The notes under the pieces were generated by a model. The model searched no databases. It saw only the letters and a program-made list of their open reading frames with translations, and was not told the DNA's origin. Source: Candidatus Eiseniibacteriota bacterium (GTDB lineage: Bacteria; Eisenbacteria; RBG-16-71-46; JABDJR01; JAWXBZ01). Taken from it: 11,095 bases of DNA. The DNA lies in contig JAWXBZ010000161.1 of NCBI GenBank assembly GCA_034440375.1, forward strand, positions 1 to 11,095. Reading direction: 5' to 3'. A program made the position numbers and the translations under genes. Within the stretch, counting starts at the first letter, position 1. Every line of letters begins with the position of its first letter. Positions 1 to 6,953 of this stretch are shown here, one piece after another.

Positions 1-430
1 GAAAGCAATCCGGCGCATTGTTCGAGAACGTCGGGTCCGGATCGCAGATATCCACGGCGCTGACGCCATTGAAGAAGTCGACCAGCTGCGGATCGGTCTC
101 CACCGTGCCGCAGTGTGAGCTGCATTCCACCGTGACCGCATCCGGGCAGGTGATCACCGGTGGCGTCGTATCGACCACCGTCACGGTCGCTTGACAGCTG
201 CTGGTCTTTCCGCACGCGTCAGTGGCGGTAAACGTCACCGTCGTCGGGCCGTCGGGGAAAAGGGCCGGCGCGTCGGTGGTGATGACCGGCGAGGGATCGA
301 AATCGTCGGAGGCGATGGCCCCGGCCAGGAAGGCGGCGATTTCGGTGTCAGTGGCCGGCGTGCCGTCGTACTCCGAGCACTCGACCACAATGTCGTCCGG
401 GCAGTCGATCGTCGGTGAGGCCGCATCGAA
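1..430 (-). repeat. Tandem HYR-like Ig-fold repeats in the peptidase (one complete at about 177-430, a second partial one cut by the edge)
   Basis: Both units begin D-x-x-x-P-x-I-x-C-P-D-x-x-x-V-E-C-S and share D-x-x-D-P-x-P-x-x-x-x-x-A-P-x-x-F. Confidence 0.8.
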
Positions 431-1990
431 CGTACAAATGGCCGCGCTCAGGTTCGGCCGGGGCCCGATGTTCTCGCTGGCCGGAAAGGTACCGGACTGC
501 TGCGCTGCCCCGGTGGACACCAGGAGTGTCCGCGCCACCGCTGGCGTGACAACCGAGCCAAACTCGCTCTCGTGCCATGACTCGAGCAACGCCACGGCTG
601 ACGTGACAATCGGGGAGGCTGATGATGTGCCACCGAAACTGTTGTCATACCAGAGATCCACGCCCTCGGCGCTGTAACCATCGCCGTATCCAGTCGTCCA
701 AACCCGCTGACCCCAGCCCTGCAGGTTTACGCGGGAGCCGTAGTTGGAAAAGTCGAGTCGCGAACGGTCCGTGTCGCTGCCGTTGAACGCGGCCGGAGCC
801 GCGCCGGCGCCGACAATGATGGCGCCCGAGTCGTTGGCCGGCAGGAACGGCCAGTGTCCGCCGTTGCCCACGCCGTACTCCGGCGCATCGAAGTTCTGGC
901 TGCCGTTCCCGGCGGCCTCGATGACGTGGATGCCGTTGCCGACGGCGGTGACGATGCTGCTGTACACCGCCAGGTCCCATTCGACAGCTATCAGACCGAA
1001 CTGCGACGTATTGTCGATGTAGTTCGGGCCCTGGATTTGTTGCTCGAATAGAACGCAGTCGCCCGCGCTCAAGCCCAGCAGCGCATTCTGGAAAGCTTCG
1101 TTGAGCAGGTAGCCATCCGTGAAGGACGTCGGGGCGACCCGGATCGTGGCACCGTAGGCACAGCCAGTCGTGCCGAATCCATTGTTCAGACTCGCGAGCT
1201 CACCGAGCACGGCCGTTCCGTGGTTGTTCTCCCCGAACGGGTCGTTCGCCGTCCGCCCCGGCGGGATGATCGTCGTGATAGCGGGAAGGTCGTCGTGATT
1301 GAGGTTCCAGGTGTATTCGAGGTCGACGATAACGACGTTCGAGCCGGTGCCACCCGGTAGCGTCCAGGCGAATTCCGCGTCGATGCCATCGGTCGTCGGA
1401 TCCAGGTAGCCCTGATTTGCCGTGAAATCGCCCGGGGTCGGCGGTGCCACCGGCAGGCGCAACGGGAATGCGAGTTCGACATCGTCGAGATCGTTCAGCT
1501 GCTCCATCCAGGTCGTGATGTCGATCTGGTCGGGCGCCTCGAGGATGAAAAAGTTGTTCAGGTCCGCAATCTCGCGGCCCAGATTGATTTCGGCCTTCCG
1601 ACGCAGGTCGTCCAGCACTGCCTCCGTGGCACCGGTATTCCGGCTCCATCGACCGCCGGCCGCCTGGATGCCGGTCATCGCAGCGATGGCCTGGCCGCTG
1701 TTGAGTGAGATGCGAGACCGATCGGTCGGAAATCCCGCCGCCTCGAGGCCGATGTTTAGATCGTCGATGAATTTGACCTGGCACCGTCGCGGATCGGAAC
1801 CGGGGGCCAGCTCAACCATTTCCGGTTTGATCAACTCGGGGCGGGGGTCGAGAAAGCCGGCTGTCTGGGACCATGCTGGTCCGGCGAAGGAGACCACGAT
1901 CGTCGCGATCGCCAGACCGATTGATGAACGGATCGGGGAAATGCGCGGCAGAGCCAGCAAATCGGACAAGACAATCGAACGCGTTCGCAT
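1..1990 (-). CDS. Secreted S8 (subtilisin-like) serine peptidase with C-terminal HYR-like repeats; 3' end lies beyond the left edge
   Basis: Manual translation from ATG at 1990 (RBS GGAGGT at 2002-1997) stays open to the window edge, so it is missing from the ORF track. Signal-peptide-like N-terminus (IGLAIATIVVSFAGPAWSQ). Catalytic Asp in VIVDLEY (1322-1324), His in NNHGTAVLG (1220-1222), oxyanion Asn in EAAGNG (905-907), Ser in GGTSSASP (623-625). Then PTIDCPDDIVVEC...TTVTFTATDACG and DTTPPVITCPDAVTVEC repeats. Confidence 0.93.
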   Translation of the reverse strand, partial: MRTRSIVLSDLLALPRISPIRSSIGLAIATIVVSFAGPAWSQTAGFLDPRPELIKPEMVELAPGSDPRRCQVKFIDDLNIGLEAAGFPTDRSRISLNSGQAIAAMTGIQAAGGRWSRNTGATEAVLDDLRRKAEINLGREIADLNNFFILEAPDQIDITTWMEQLNDLDDVELAFPLRLPVAPPTPGDFTANQGYLDPTTDGIDAEFAWTLPGGTGSNVVIVDLEYTWNLNHDDLPAITTIIPPGRTANDPFGENNHGTAVLGELASLNNGFGTTGCAYGATIRVAPTSFTDGYLLNEAFQNALLGLSAGDCVLFEQQIQGPNYIDNTSQFGLIAVEWDLAVYSSIVTAVGNGIHVIEAAGNGSQNFDAPEYGVGNGGHWPFLPANDSGAIIVGAGAAPAAFNGSDTDRSRLDFSNYGSRVNLQGWGQRVWTTGYGDGYSAEGVDLWYDNSFGGTSSASPIVTSAVALLESWHESEFGSVVTPAVARTLLVSTGAAQQSGTFPASENIGPRPNLSAAICTFDAASPTIDCPDDIVVECSEYDGTPATDTEIAAFLAGAIASDDFDPSPVITTDAPALFPDGPTTVTFTATDACGKTSSCQATVTVVDTTPPVITCPDAVTVECSSHCGTVETDPQLVDFFNGVSAVDICDPDPTFSNNAPDCF

Positions 1991-2045
1991 CGTGGGACCT
2001 CCGGAGGCTGTTTGTTAGCGAACGGGGGCGAAGCGGCGGGGTGAT

Positions 2046-2072
2046 GTGATCGCGCCCCCTTTGGGCGATCAC
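2046..2072. promoter_or_regulatory. 8-bp perfect inverted repeat in the divergent intergenic region; possible operator or 5' UTR hairpin
   Basis: GTGATCGC (2046-2053), 11-nt spacer, GCGATCAC (2065-2072). Function is inferred from position only. Confidence 0.3.
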
Positions 2073-2271
2073 GAGAGTGCAGACTACTCCAAGCGCCGCA
2101 AATTACTAAGACAAATGATCGCCCGCATTGGTCGATATCGATGCCCTGCTGCTGAATCGATCCGCGGGAATCACTTCGGGCCAGCTCCTTGTGGCGACGC
2201 GCTTACGGCCTCGTGATAAACTCCGCTGGCTCAGCCATTTACGCGAAGTCGCGCCACCCCGGAACATCCGC

Positions 2272-3855
2272 GTGCCCGAGGCCCGTCCACTTCCAGGCAG
2301 TCGTTTTTTCACCACGGACCACCAGGCCATCGCCCTTCGCTTTGGCCTGACGAGCCTCGCTTTCCTGCTCGTCGGTTTCCTCCTGATGCTCCTCATGCGC
2401 TGGCAACTGGCCTGGCCGGGACGCCCGATTCCGTTGATCGGCGGCCTCTTCCCCGATTCGCTGGCACCCGGCGGCATCCTTCTTCCCGAGTTTTACAACG
2501 CCCTTGGTGCGATGCACGGCTCGATCATGATCTTTCTCGGCGTCGTGCCGCTGGGCGCCGGAGCGTTCGGCAACTTCCTCGTGCCGCGGCTCATCGGCGC
2601 CGACACGATGGCTTTTCCGCGATTGACGGCCTGGTCGTACTGGATCTTTCTCGCTGCCGGCTTTGGATTCCTGGTGGGCTTCGTCGTCCCCGGCGGGCCG
2701 GCCAACTCCGGCTGGACCAGCTACCCGCCGTTGGCCACGCTCGGCACGCTCGGCCAGGACATCTGGCTGATCGGCATCCTGCTGCTTGGCCTGTCATCGA
2801 TGCTCGGCGCCGTGAACATGATCGTGACCGTCGTGCAGCTTCGCCGCCCCGGCCTCGGCTGGATGGATCTGCCGTTCTTTGTCTGGGCGCAGCTGATCAC
2901 CGCGCTCCTTTTGCTGCTCGCCTTTCCGCCACTGCAATCGGCGGCGGTCATGCAACTGATGGACCGCCTGGCCGACACCTCGTTCTTCTCGCCGGCCGGA
3001 TTGATCGTGGCCGCGCAGCCGCTCGGCGGCGCGGGTGGTGGGAGCCCCTTGTTGTGGCAACACCTCTTCTGGTTCCTGGCCCATCCGGAGGTGTACGTCC
3101 TGTTGCTGCCGGCGCTCGGCATCGTGTCGGAGATCCTGGCGGCCGGCACGGGACGACGCCTGTACGGCTATCGCTCGATCGTCGGCTCAACGCTGTTCCT
3201 CGGCGTCATGTCGCTGGTGGTCTGGGCGCACCACATGTTCCTGACCGGCATGGGCCCGGTCATGAGCGCCTTCTTCCAGGCCACCACCCTGATCATCTCG
3301 ATTCCGAGCGTCGTCATCCTGACCTGCTTCTTCCTGACGCTGAAGGGGGGGCGCCTGCCGATGACCACGTCGATGCTCTTCGCCCTTGGCTTCCTGCCGA
3401 TGTTCGGCATCGGCGGACTCACCGGCCTGCCACTCGGACTCGCGGTCGGCGACATCCACCTGCACGACACTTACTACGTGATTGGCCACTTCCACTACAT
3501 CGTGGCACCCGGCGTGCTGATCGCGCTCTTCGGCGGCATCTACCACTGGTGGCCGCTTGTGGCCGGCCGACCGCTGAATGATCGCCTCGGCCGGATCCAC
3601 TTCTGGGGCACGCTGATCGGCATGAACGGCATCTTCCTGCCGATGTTTGCCATGGGCCTGGCCGGCGTCAGCCGCCGCCTGTGGGATGCGGGCGCCGGTT
3701 ACGAACATGCGCAGAGCACCATCCACTTCAACTCGTTCATGACCTACTCGGCCTGGCTGGTCGCGATCGCGCAGGTTCCGTTCGTGTGGAATTTGGTCAT
3801 GAACCGGCCACGACGATCGACCGCCACGCCATGGCGCGTCGAAAGGACGTCATGA
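2272..3855 (+). CDS. ctaD: Heme-copper (cytochrome c) oxidase subunit I, A-family (A1-like HPEVY)
   Basis: Motifs TTDH, GAMHGSIMIF, GWTSYPPL, WFLAHPEVY, VWAHHMF, HLHDTYYVIGHFHY and GVSRR; about 12 hydrophobic segments. Start is uncertain: in-frame GTG at 2272 is preferred to TTG at 2128 because recognisable similarity begins at FTTDH. Confidence 0.95.
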   Translation: MPEARPLPGSRFFTTDHQAIALRFGLTSLAFLLVGFLLMLLMRWQLAWPGRPIPLIGGLFPDSLAPGGILLPEFYNALGAMHGSIMIFLGVVPLGAGAFGNFLVPRLIGADTMAFPRLTAWSYWIFLAAGFGFLVGFVVPGGPANSGWTSYPPLATLGTLGQDIWLIGILLLGLSSMLGAVNMIVTVVQLRRPGLGWMDLPFFVWAQLITALLLLLAFPPLQSAAVMQLMDRLADTSFFSPAGLIVAAQPLGGAGGGSPLLWQHLFWFLAHPEVYVLLLPALGIVSEILAAGTGRRLYGYRSIVGSTLFLGVMSLVVWAHHMFLTGMGPVMSAFFQATTLIISIPSVVILTCFFLTLKGGRLPMTTSMLFALGFLPMFGIGGLTGLPLGLAVGDIHLHDTYYVIGHFHYIVAPGVLIALFGGIYHWWPLVAGRPLNDRLGRIHFWGTLIGMNGIFLPMFAMGLAGVSRRLWDAGAGYEHAQSTIHFNSFMTYSAWLVAIAQVPFVWNLVMNRPRRSTATPWRVERTS

Positions 3856-4439
3856 CAAATCAGCCGATCCCCTATGCCAATGAGCCGCGCCCCGATACGG
3901 GCCTTCGAAACAACCGACTCGGCCTCTGGCTCGTCCTGGCCTCCGAGATCATGCTGTTCGCCGGTCTCTTCTCCGCGCTGGCCTTCCTGCGCATCGGCAG
4001 CACCGACTGGCCGACGAGCGCCCTCGAACATGGTCTTCCGCTGATCAACAGTTTTGTCGTCGCGGCCTCGGTGCTTGTTATCCTGTTTGCCGGCCGCGCC
4101 GTGACGCGCCATGAGGGAGAGTTTCGCCTCCTCTGGTCGCTTGGCCTGGGGCTCGGTCTTCTTGTTCTTTTCATTCGATCCGCCGAATGGTCGATTCTCC
4201 TTGGGATCGGGCGACTCCCTTCCACCCACAATCTTTTCGGTATTTATTTCGTGCTGACCGGCGTCCACGCCGTTCTGCTGGCGGGAAATCTGGCCGTCAA
4301 CGGCTGGATCCTCGTGACGGGCGCCTCGCTGGCCCGCCAGGATCCAGCCCGCCACCGCGAACGGGTGTACGGGGCCATCGTCCACTGGCTGGCGCTGGTG
4401 GTTGTCTGGTTCGCCATCATGATCGGATTTTTCGTGTGA
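3852..4439 (+). CDS. ctaE: Heme-copper oxidase subunit III, short form (195 aa)
   Basis: ATGA overlap with the subunit I stop, RBS GAAAGGA at 3841-3847; LGLWLVLASEIMLFAGLF, LINSFVVAAS and YFVLTGVH motifs. Confidence 0.9.
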   Translation: MTNQPIPYANEPRPDTGLRNNRLGLWLVLASEIMLFAGLFSALAFLRIGSTDWPTSALEHGLPLINSFVVAASVLVILFAGRAVTRHEGEFRLLWSLGLGLGLLVLFIRSAEWSILLGIGRLPSTHNLFGIYFVLTGVHAVLLAGNLAVNGWILVTGASLARQDPARHRERVYGAIVHWLALVVVWFAIMIGFFV

Positions 4440-4678
4440 TGAAGCGGCGCTTTCGCATCCGTCGGTATCACGCCCCGCCTGGCCTCGCGGTTGTCTGGCT
4501 GGTATGGCCCCTGAACGCCTACGCCTGCCCGGTTTGCTTCGGCGAACCGGACAGCAGCCAGACACGTGGCCTTCAGGCCGCCATTTTGCTGCTCGGCGGG
4601 GTCGCCGGCCTCCTCGTCACCGGCATTGCCGCGATGGTCTTCACGATTCGTCGCCGGGCCGGAAGAAACGCTCCATGA
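4439..4678 (+). CDS. Small (79 aa) membrane protein with AYA-CPVCFG motif
   Basis: TGATG coupling to subunit III and ATGA coupling to subunit II. Basic N-terminus, hydrophobic stretch, A-Y-A site, CPVC at 4526-4537, one transmembrane helix and an RRR tail. Confidence 0.8.
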   Translation: MKRRFRIRRYHAPPGLAVVWLVWPLNAYACPVCFGEPDSSQTRGLQAAILLLGGVAGLLVTGIAAMVFTIRRRAGRNAP

Positions 4679-5421
4679 CGCTACCCTGGCTGCCGCCGAG
4701 TCATGCGGCCGAGGGGCACCTCGTCGATGAAACACTTCTGCTGGTGCATCTCCTGATCGCGACCATCGTCATCGGATGGGCCATCTACTACGTCATCATG
4801 CTGGTCACGGGTCAGTCAAAACCATCCCGCGTGTCCGGTGGCGCGATCCCACCGGAATCGCGGTCATCGATTCCCATCCAAATCCCCTGGATCCTCGTCG
4901 GAGTGGTAGCCCTGGCCGAGGCCACCCTGTTCATCGGCAAGGAACTGCCGACCTGGGCGAAACTGCGCGTGGTGCCGCCCGAATCGGCTGAAGTGGTCCA
5001 CGTCCGCGTCGTGGCCGAGCAGTACGCGTGGAACGTGCACTATCCGGGCGCCGACGGCACCTTCGGCCGCACCGCGATCGACCTGGTGACGCAACTGAAT
5101 CCAGTCGGCCTCGACACACTGGACCGGGCCTCGCGCGACGACATCCTGACGATCAATCAATTGCACCTGCCGGTCGGGCGCCCCGCTATCATTGAACTAT
5201 CCAGCAAGGACGTCATCCACGCCTTCTTCCTGCCGGTGATGCGCGTCAAACAGGATGTGATTCCCGGCCATCGTGCCCGCGTCTGGTTCACGCCGATCGT
5301 CGAGGATACGACCGACATCGCCTGCGCCCAGCTCTGTGGTCTCGGGCACTACCGGATGAAGGGACAGTTGATCATCGAGAATGAGAAAGCCTGGCAGGCA
5401 TGGCTGACCGAAACGCGATGA
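4675..5421 (+). CDS. ctaC: Cytochrome c oxidase subunit II, CuA-containing (248 aa)
   Basis: ATGA overlap at 4675; two N-terminal transmembrane helices, AEQYAWNVHY, SKDVIHAFF, KQDVIPG and CuA motif CAQLCGLGHYRM (5323-5358). No C-terminal CxxCH. Confidence 0.93.
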   Translation: MTLPWLPPSHAAEGHLVDETLLLVHLLIATIVIGWAIYYVIMLVTGQSKPSRVSGGAIPPESRSSIPIQIPWILVGVVALAEATLFIGKELPTWAKLRVVPPESAEVVHVRVVAEQYAWNVHYPGADGTFGRTAIDLVTQLNPVGLDTLDRASRDDILTINQLHLPVGRPAIIELSSKDVIHAFFLPVMRVKQDVIPGHRARVWFTPIVEDTTDIACAQLCGLGHYRMKGQLIIENEKAWQAWLTETR

Positions 5422-5435
5422 GGGGAATTCGGCCG

Positions 5436-6428
5436 ATGAACCTGAAACGGGTGTTGCTGATGACGCCCATGCTCTTCCTCGGATGCAGCACGCAGAAGGA
5501 GAACGGCCATCAGATGGAGCCGCCCCCAGCCGGGCAGCCGACCCTCTTCCCCCGCGTCGAACTGCGTTTGAACGAAATCGCCGGCGAGATGATCGAGGTC
5601 CGTCGCGACCTGCACCGTCATCCCGAACTTTCCGGCCAGGAAACGCGCACCGAAGGCGTCGTGGTCTCCCGGCTCCGTCGGCTCGGCCTCGAGGTATCGC
5701 CCGGCGTGGGCGGTCACGGCGTGATGGCCCGGCTAACCGGCGGCAAACCGGGGGGGACCGTGGCCATTCGCGCCGACATGGACGCCGTCCCCTCGAATGA
5801 TCCCGATCCGGTTGATTTTCGTTCCGAAACGCCCGGCGTACGCCACATCTGCGGCCACGACATTCATACAACGGTAGCGTTGGCGGTGGCGGAGGGCCTC
5901 GCGGCGGTGCAGGCCGATCTCAAGGGAAACGTGGTCTTCATCTTTCAACCCGCCGAGGAAAACGTGACCGGCGCCCGCGCCATGCTGGCAGCCGGCGCAC
6001 TCGATACCTGGCGGCCCGACGTCATCTTCGCCTTCCATACAGCGCCGCTCGAAGTCGGCACAATCGGCACCAAGCCCGGCATCCTTCTGGGGAGCCGCGG
6101 CACAACGGCCGACATCGCCGCGGGTGTCCCCGGCACGGCTCCGGGTGTAACCAATGACGCCGACCTCGAAAGCCGCACGCGCGACGTCATCCGTTCGGTC
6201 GTCGGCACGGACAATCTGTTCGTGCTCACCAGCGTCACCCCCGGCTTCAGCGAGGACTTCGGCCACTTCCAGGCACGGATACCGGGCGTCATGTACTACC
6301 TGGGCGTGTCGAACACGCCGGCCGGAACTGCCGGCATGCCCCACGCGGCAGACTATGTGGCTGACGAGGCCTCCATCCTGGTGGGAGCGCGGGTCATGAG
6401 CGCGCTGGTGCTGAACGAGCTCCAGTAG
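5436..6428 (+). CDS. M20 family amidohydrolase (Acy1/HipO-like), predicted lipoprotein
   Basis: HRHPELSGQE, RADMDA, HICGHDIH, FQPAEE, FAFH, SEDF and MPH motifs; lipobox-like LFLGC (Cys at 5484-5486). An alternative start at ATG 5418 overlaps the subunit II stop. Confidence 0.9.
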   Translation: MNLKRVLLMTPMLFLGCSTQKENGHQMEPPPAGQPTLFPRVELRLNEIAGEMIEVRRDLHRHPELSGQETRTEGVVVSRLRRLGLEVSPGVGGHGVMARLTGGKPGGTVAIRADMDAVPSNDPDPVDFRSETPGVRHICGHDIHTTVALAVAEGLAAVQADLKGNVVFIFQPAEENVTGARAMLAAGALDTWRPDVIFAFHTAPLEVGTIGTKPGILLGSRGTTADIAAGVPGTAPGVTNDADLESRTRDVIRSVVGTDNLFVLTSVTPGFSEDFGHFQARIPGVMYYLGVSNTPAGTAGMPHAADYVADEASILVGARVMSALVLNELQ

Positions 6429-6475
6429 CCGGACGTAGCAGCAATGCCGGTAAGATAGCCCTTAAGCGTTCGTTA

Positions 6476-6488
6476 TTTCAATAAGTTA
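6476..6488 (+). promoter_or_regulatory. IHF-like binding site just inside the left IR
   Basis: TTTCAATAAGTTA matches WATCAANNNNTTR with one mismatch; a weaker inverted copy lies at 6463-6475. Confidence 0.5.
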
Positions 6489-6546
6489 GCCCACCTTTAC
6501 CTCCGACTGCCGAGGCCGTTCTTCTTTTCGTTTGAGCCATTGTGAC

Positions 6547-6576
6547 TTGCATGGATGCATGTCTTACGGTTATAAA
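6547..6576 (+). promoter_or_regulatory. Putative sigma70 promoter for the IS ORFs
   Basis: TTGCAT (6547-6552), 18 nt, TATAAA (6571-6576) in an AT-rich patch; the -10 element is flanked by the inverted repeat TCTTAC (6562-6567) / GTAAGA (6580-6585). Confidence 0.45.
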
Positions 6577-6953
6577 TGTGTAAGATGAAGAACCTGACCG
6601 ATCGCCGTCGCCGCATTGCGAAGGCACTGCCACCATTCGAAGAGATCCTCCGGGGGAGCGTTGTCACGCGGTCGCTCTCCTGTGGCAAGCCCGGCTGCCG
6701 CTGCGCCGCGGGTGAACTTCATGACGCGACCTACCTCAGCGTCACCCTCTCCGGAGGCCGCACCGAGCAGATCTCTCTGCCGGCTCGGTTGGTTCCCCAG
6801 GCGAGGCGGTGGGTGGCCAATTACGTCAAGTGGTGGAAAGCCGTCGAAAAAGTGTCGGAGGTCAACCGACTGCTGCTGCGTGCGCTACGGGATGCGCCGG
6901 ATCCGCAACCCCGTTCCGGCGGACGGTCCGGGAAAAGAACCCGCAAGTCGTGA
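6576..6953 (+). CDS. IS-associated small basic protein, DUF6788-like
   Basis: ILRGSV...CGKPGCRC...H...YLS...GRT...W..NY pattern; lies inside the IRs and is coupled to the transposase by TGATG. True start may be ATG 6585. Confidence 0.8.
   Translation: MCKMKNLTDRRRRIAKALPPFEEILRGSVVTRSLSCGKPGCRCAAGELHDATYLSVTLSGGRTEQISLPARLVPQARRWVANYVKWWKAVEKVSEVNRLLLRALRDAPDPQPRSGGRSGKRTRKS

Noticed and set aside
191-2072. Many ORF-track entries across 191-2072 (e.g. 222..677, 1200..1784, 1422..2018)
   Set aside because: Shadow ORFs of the minus-strand S8 peptidase; Arg/Pro-rich with no recognisable motifs.
2128-2271. 48-codon N-terminal extension of subunit I from TTG 2128
   Set aside because: No RBS and no resemblance to subunit I; probably promoter or UTR sequence, although the true start is not proven.
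4526-4543. CPVCF as a heme c attachment site
   Set aside because: It lacks the His required in CxxCH.
3681-4674. Extended starts for subunit III (3681), the small protein (4187) and subunit II (4504)
   Set aside because: They overlap upstream genes extensively; the coupled starts at 3852, 4439 and 4675 fit better.
6809-6952. Transposase start at GTG 6809
   Set aside because: Overlaps the accessory ORF by about 145 nt; the TGATG-coupled ATG at 6953 is more plausible.
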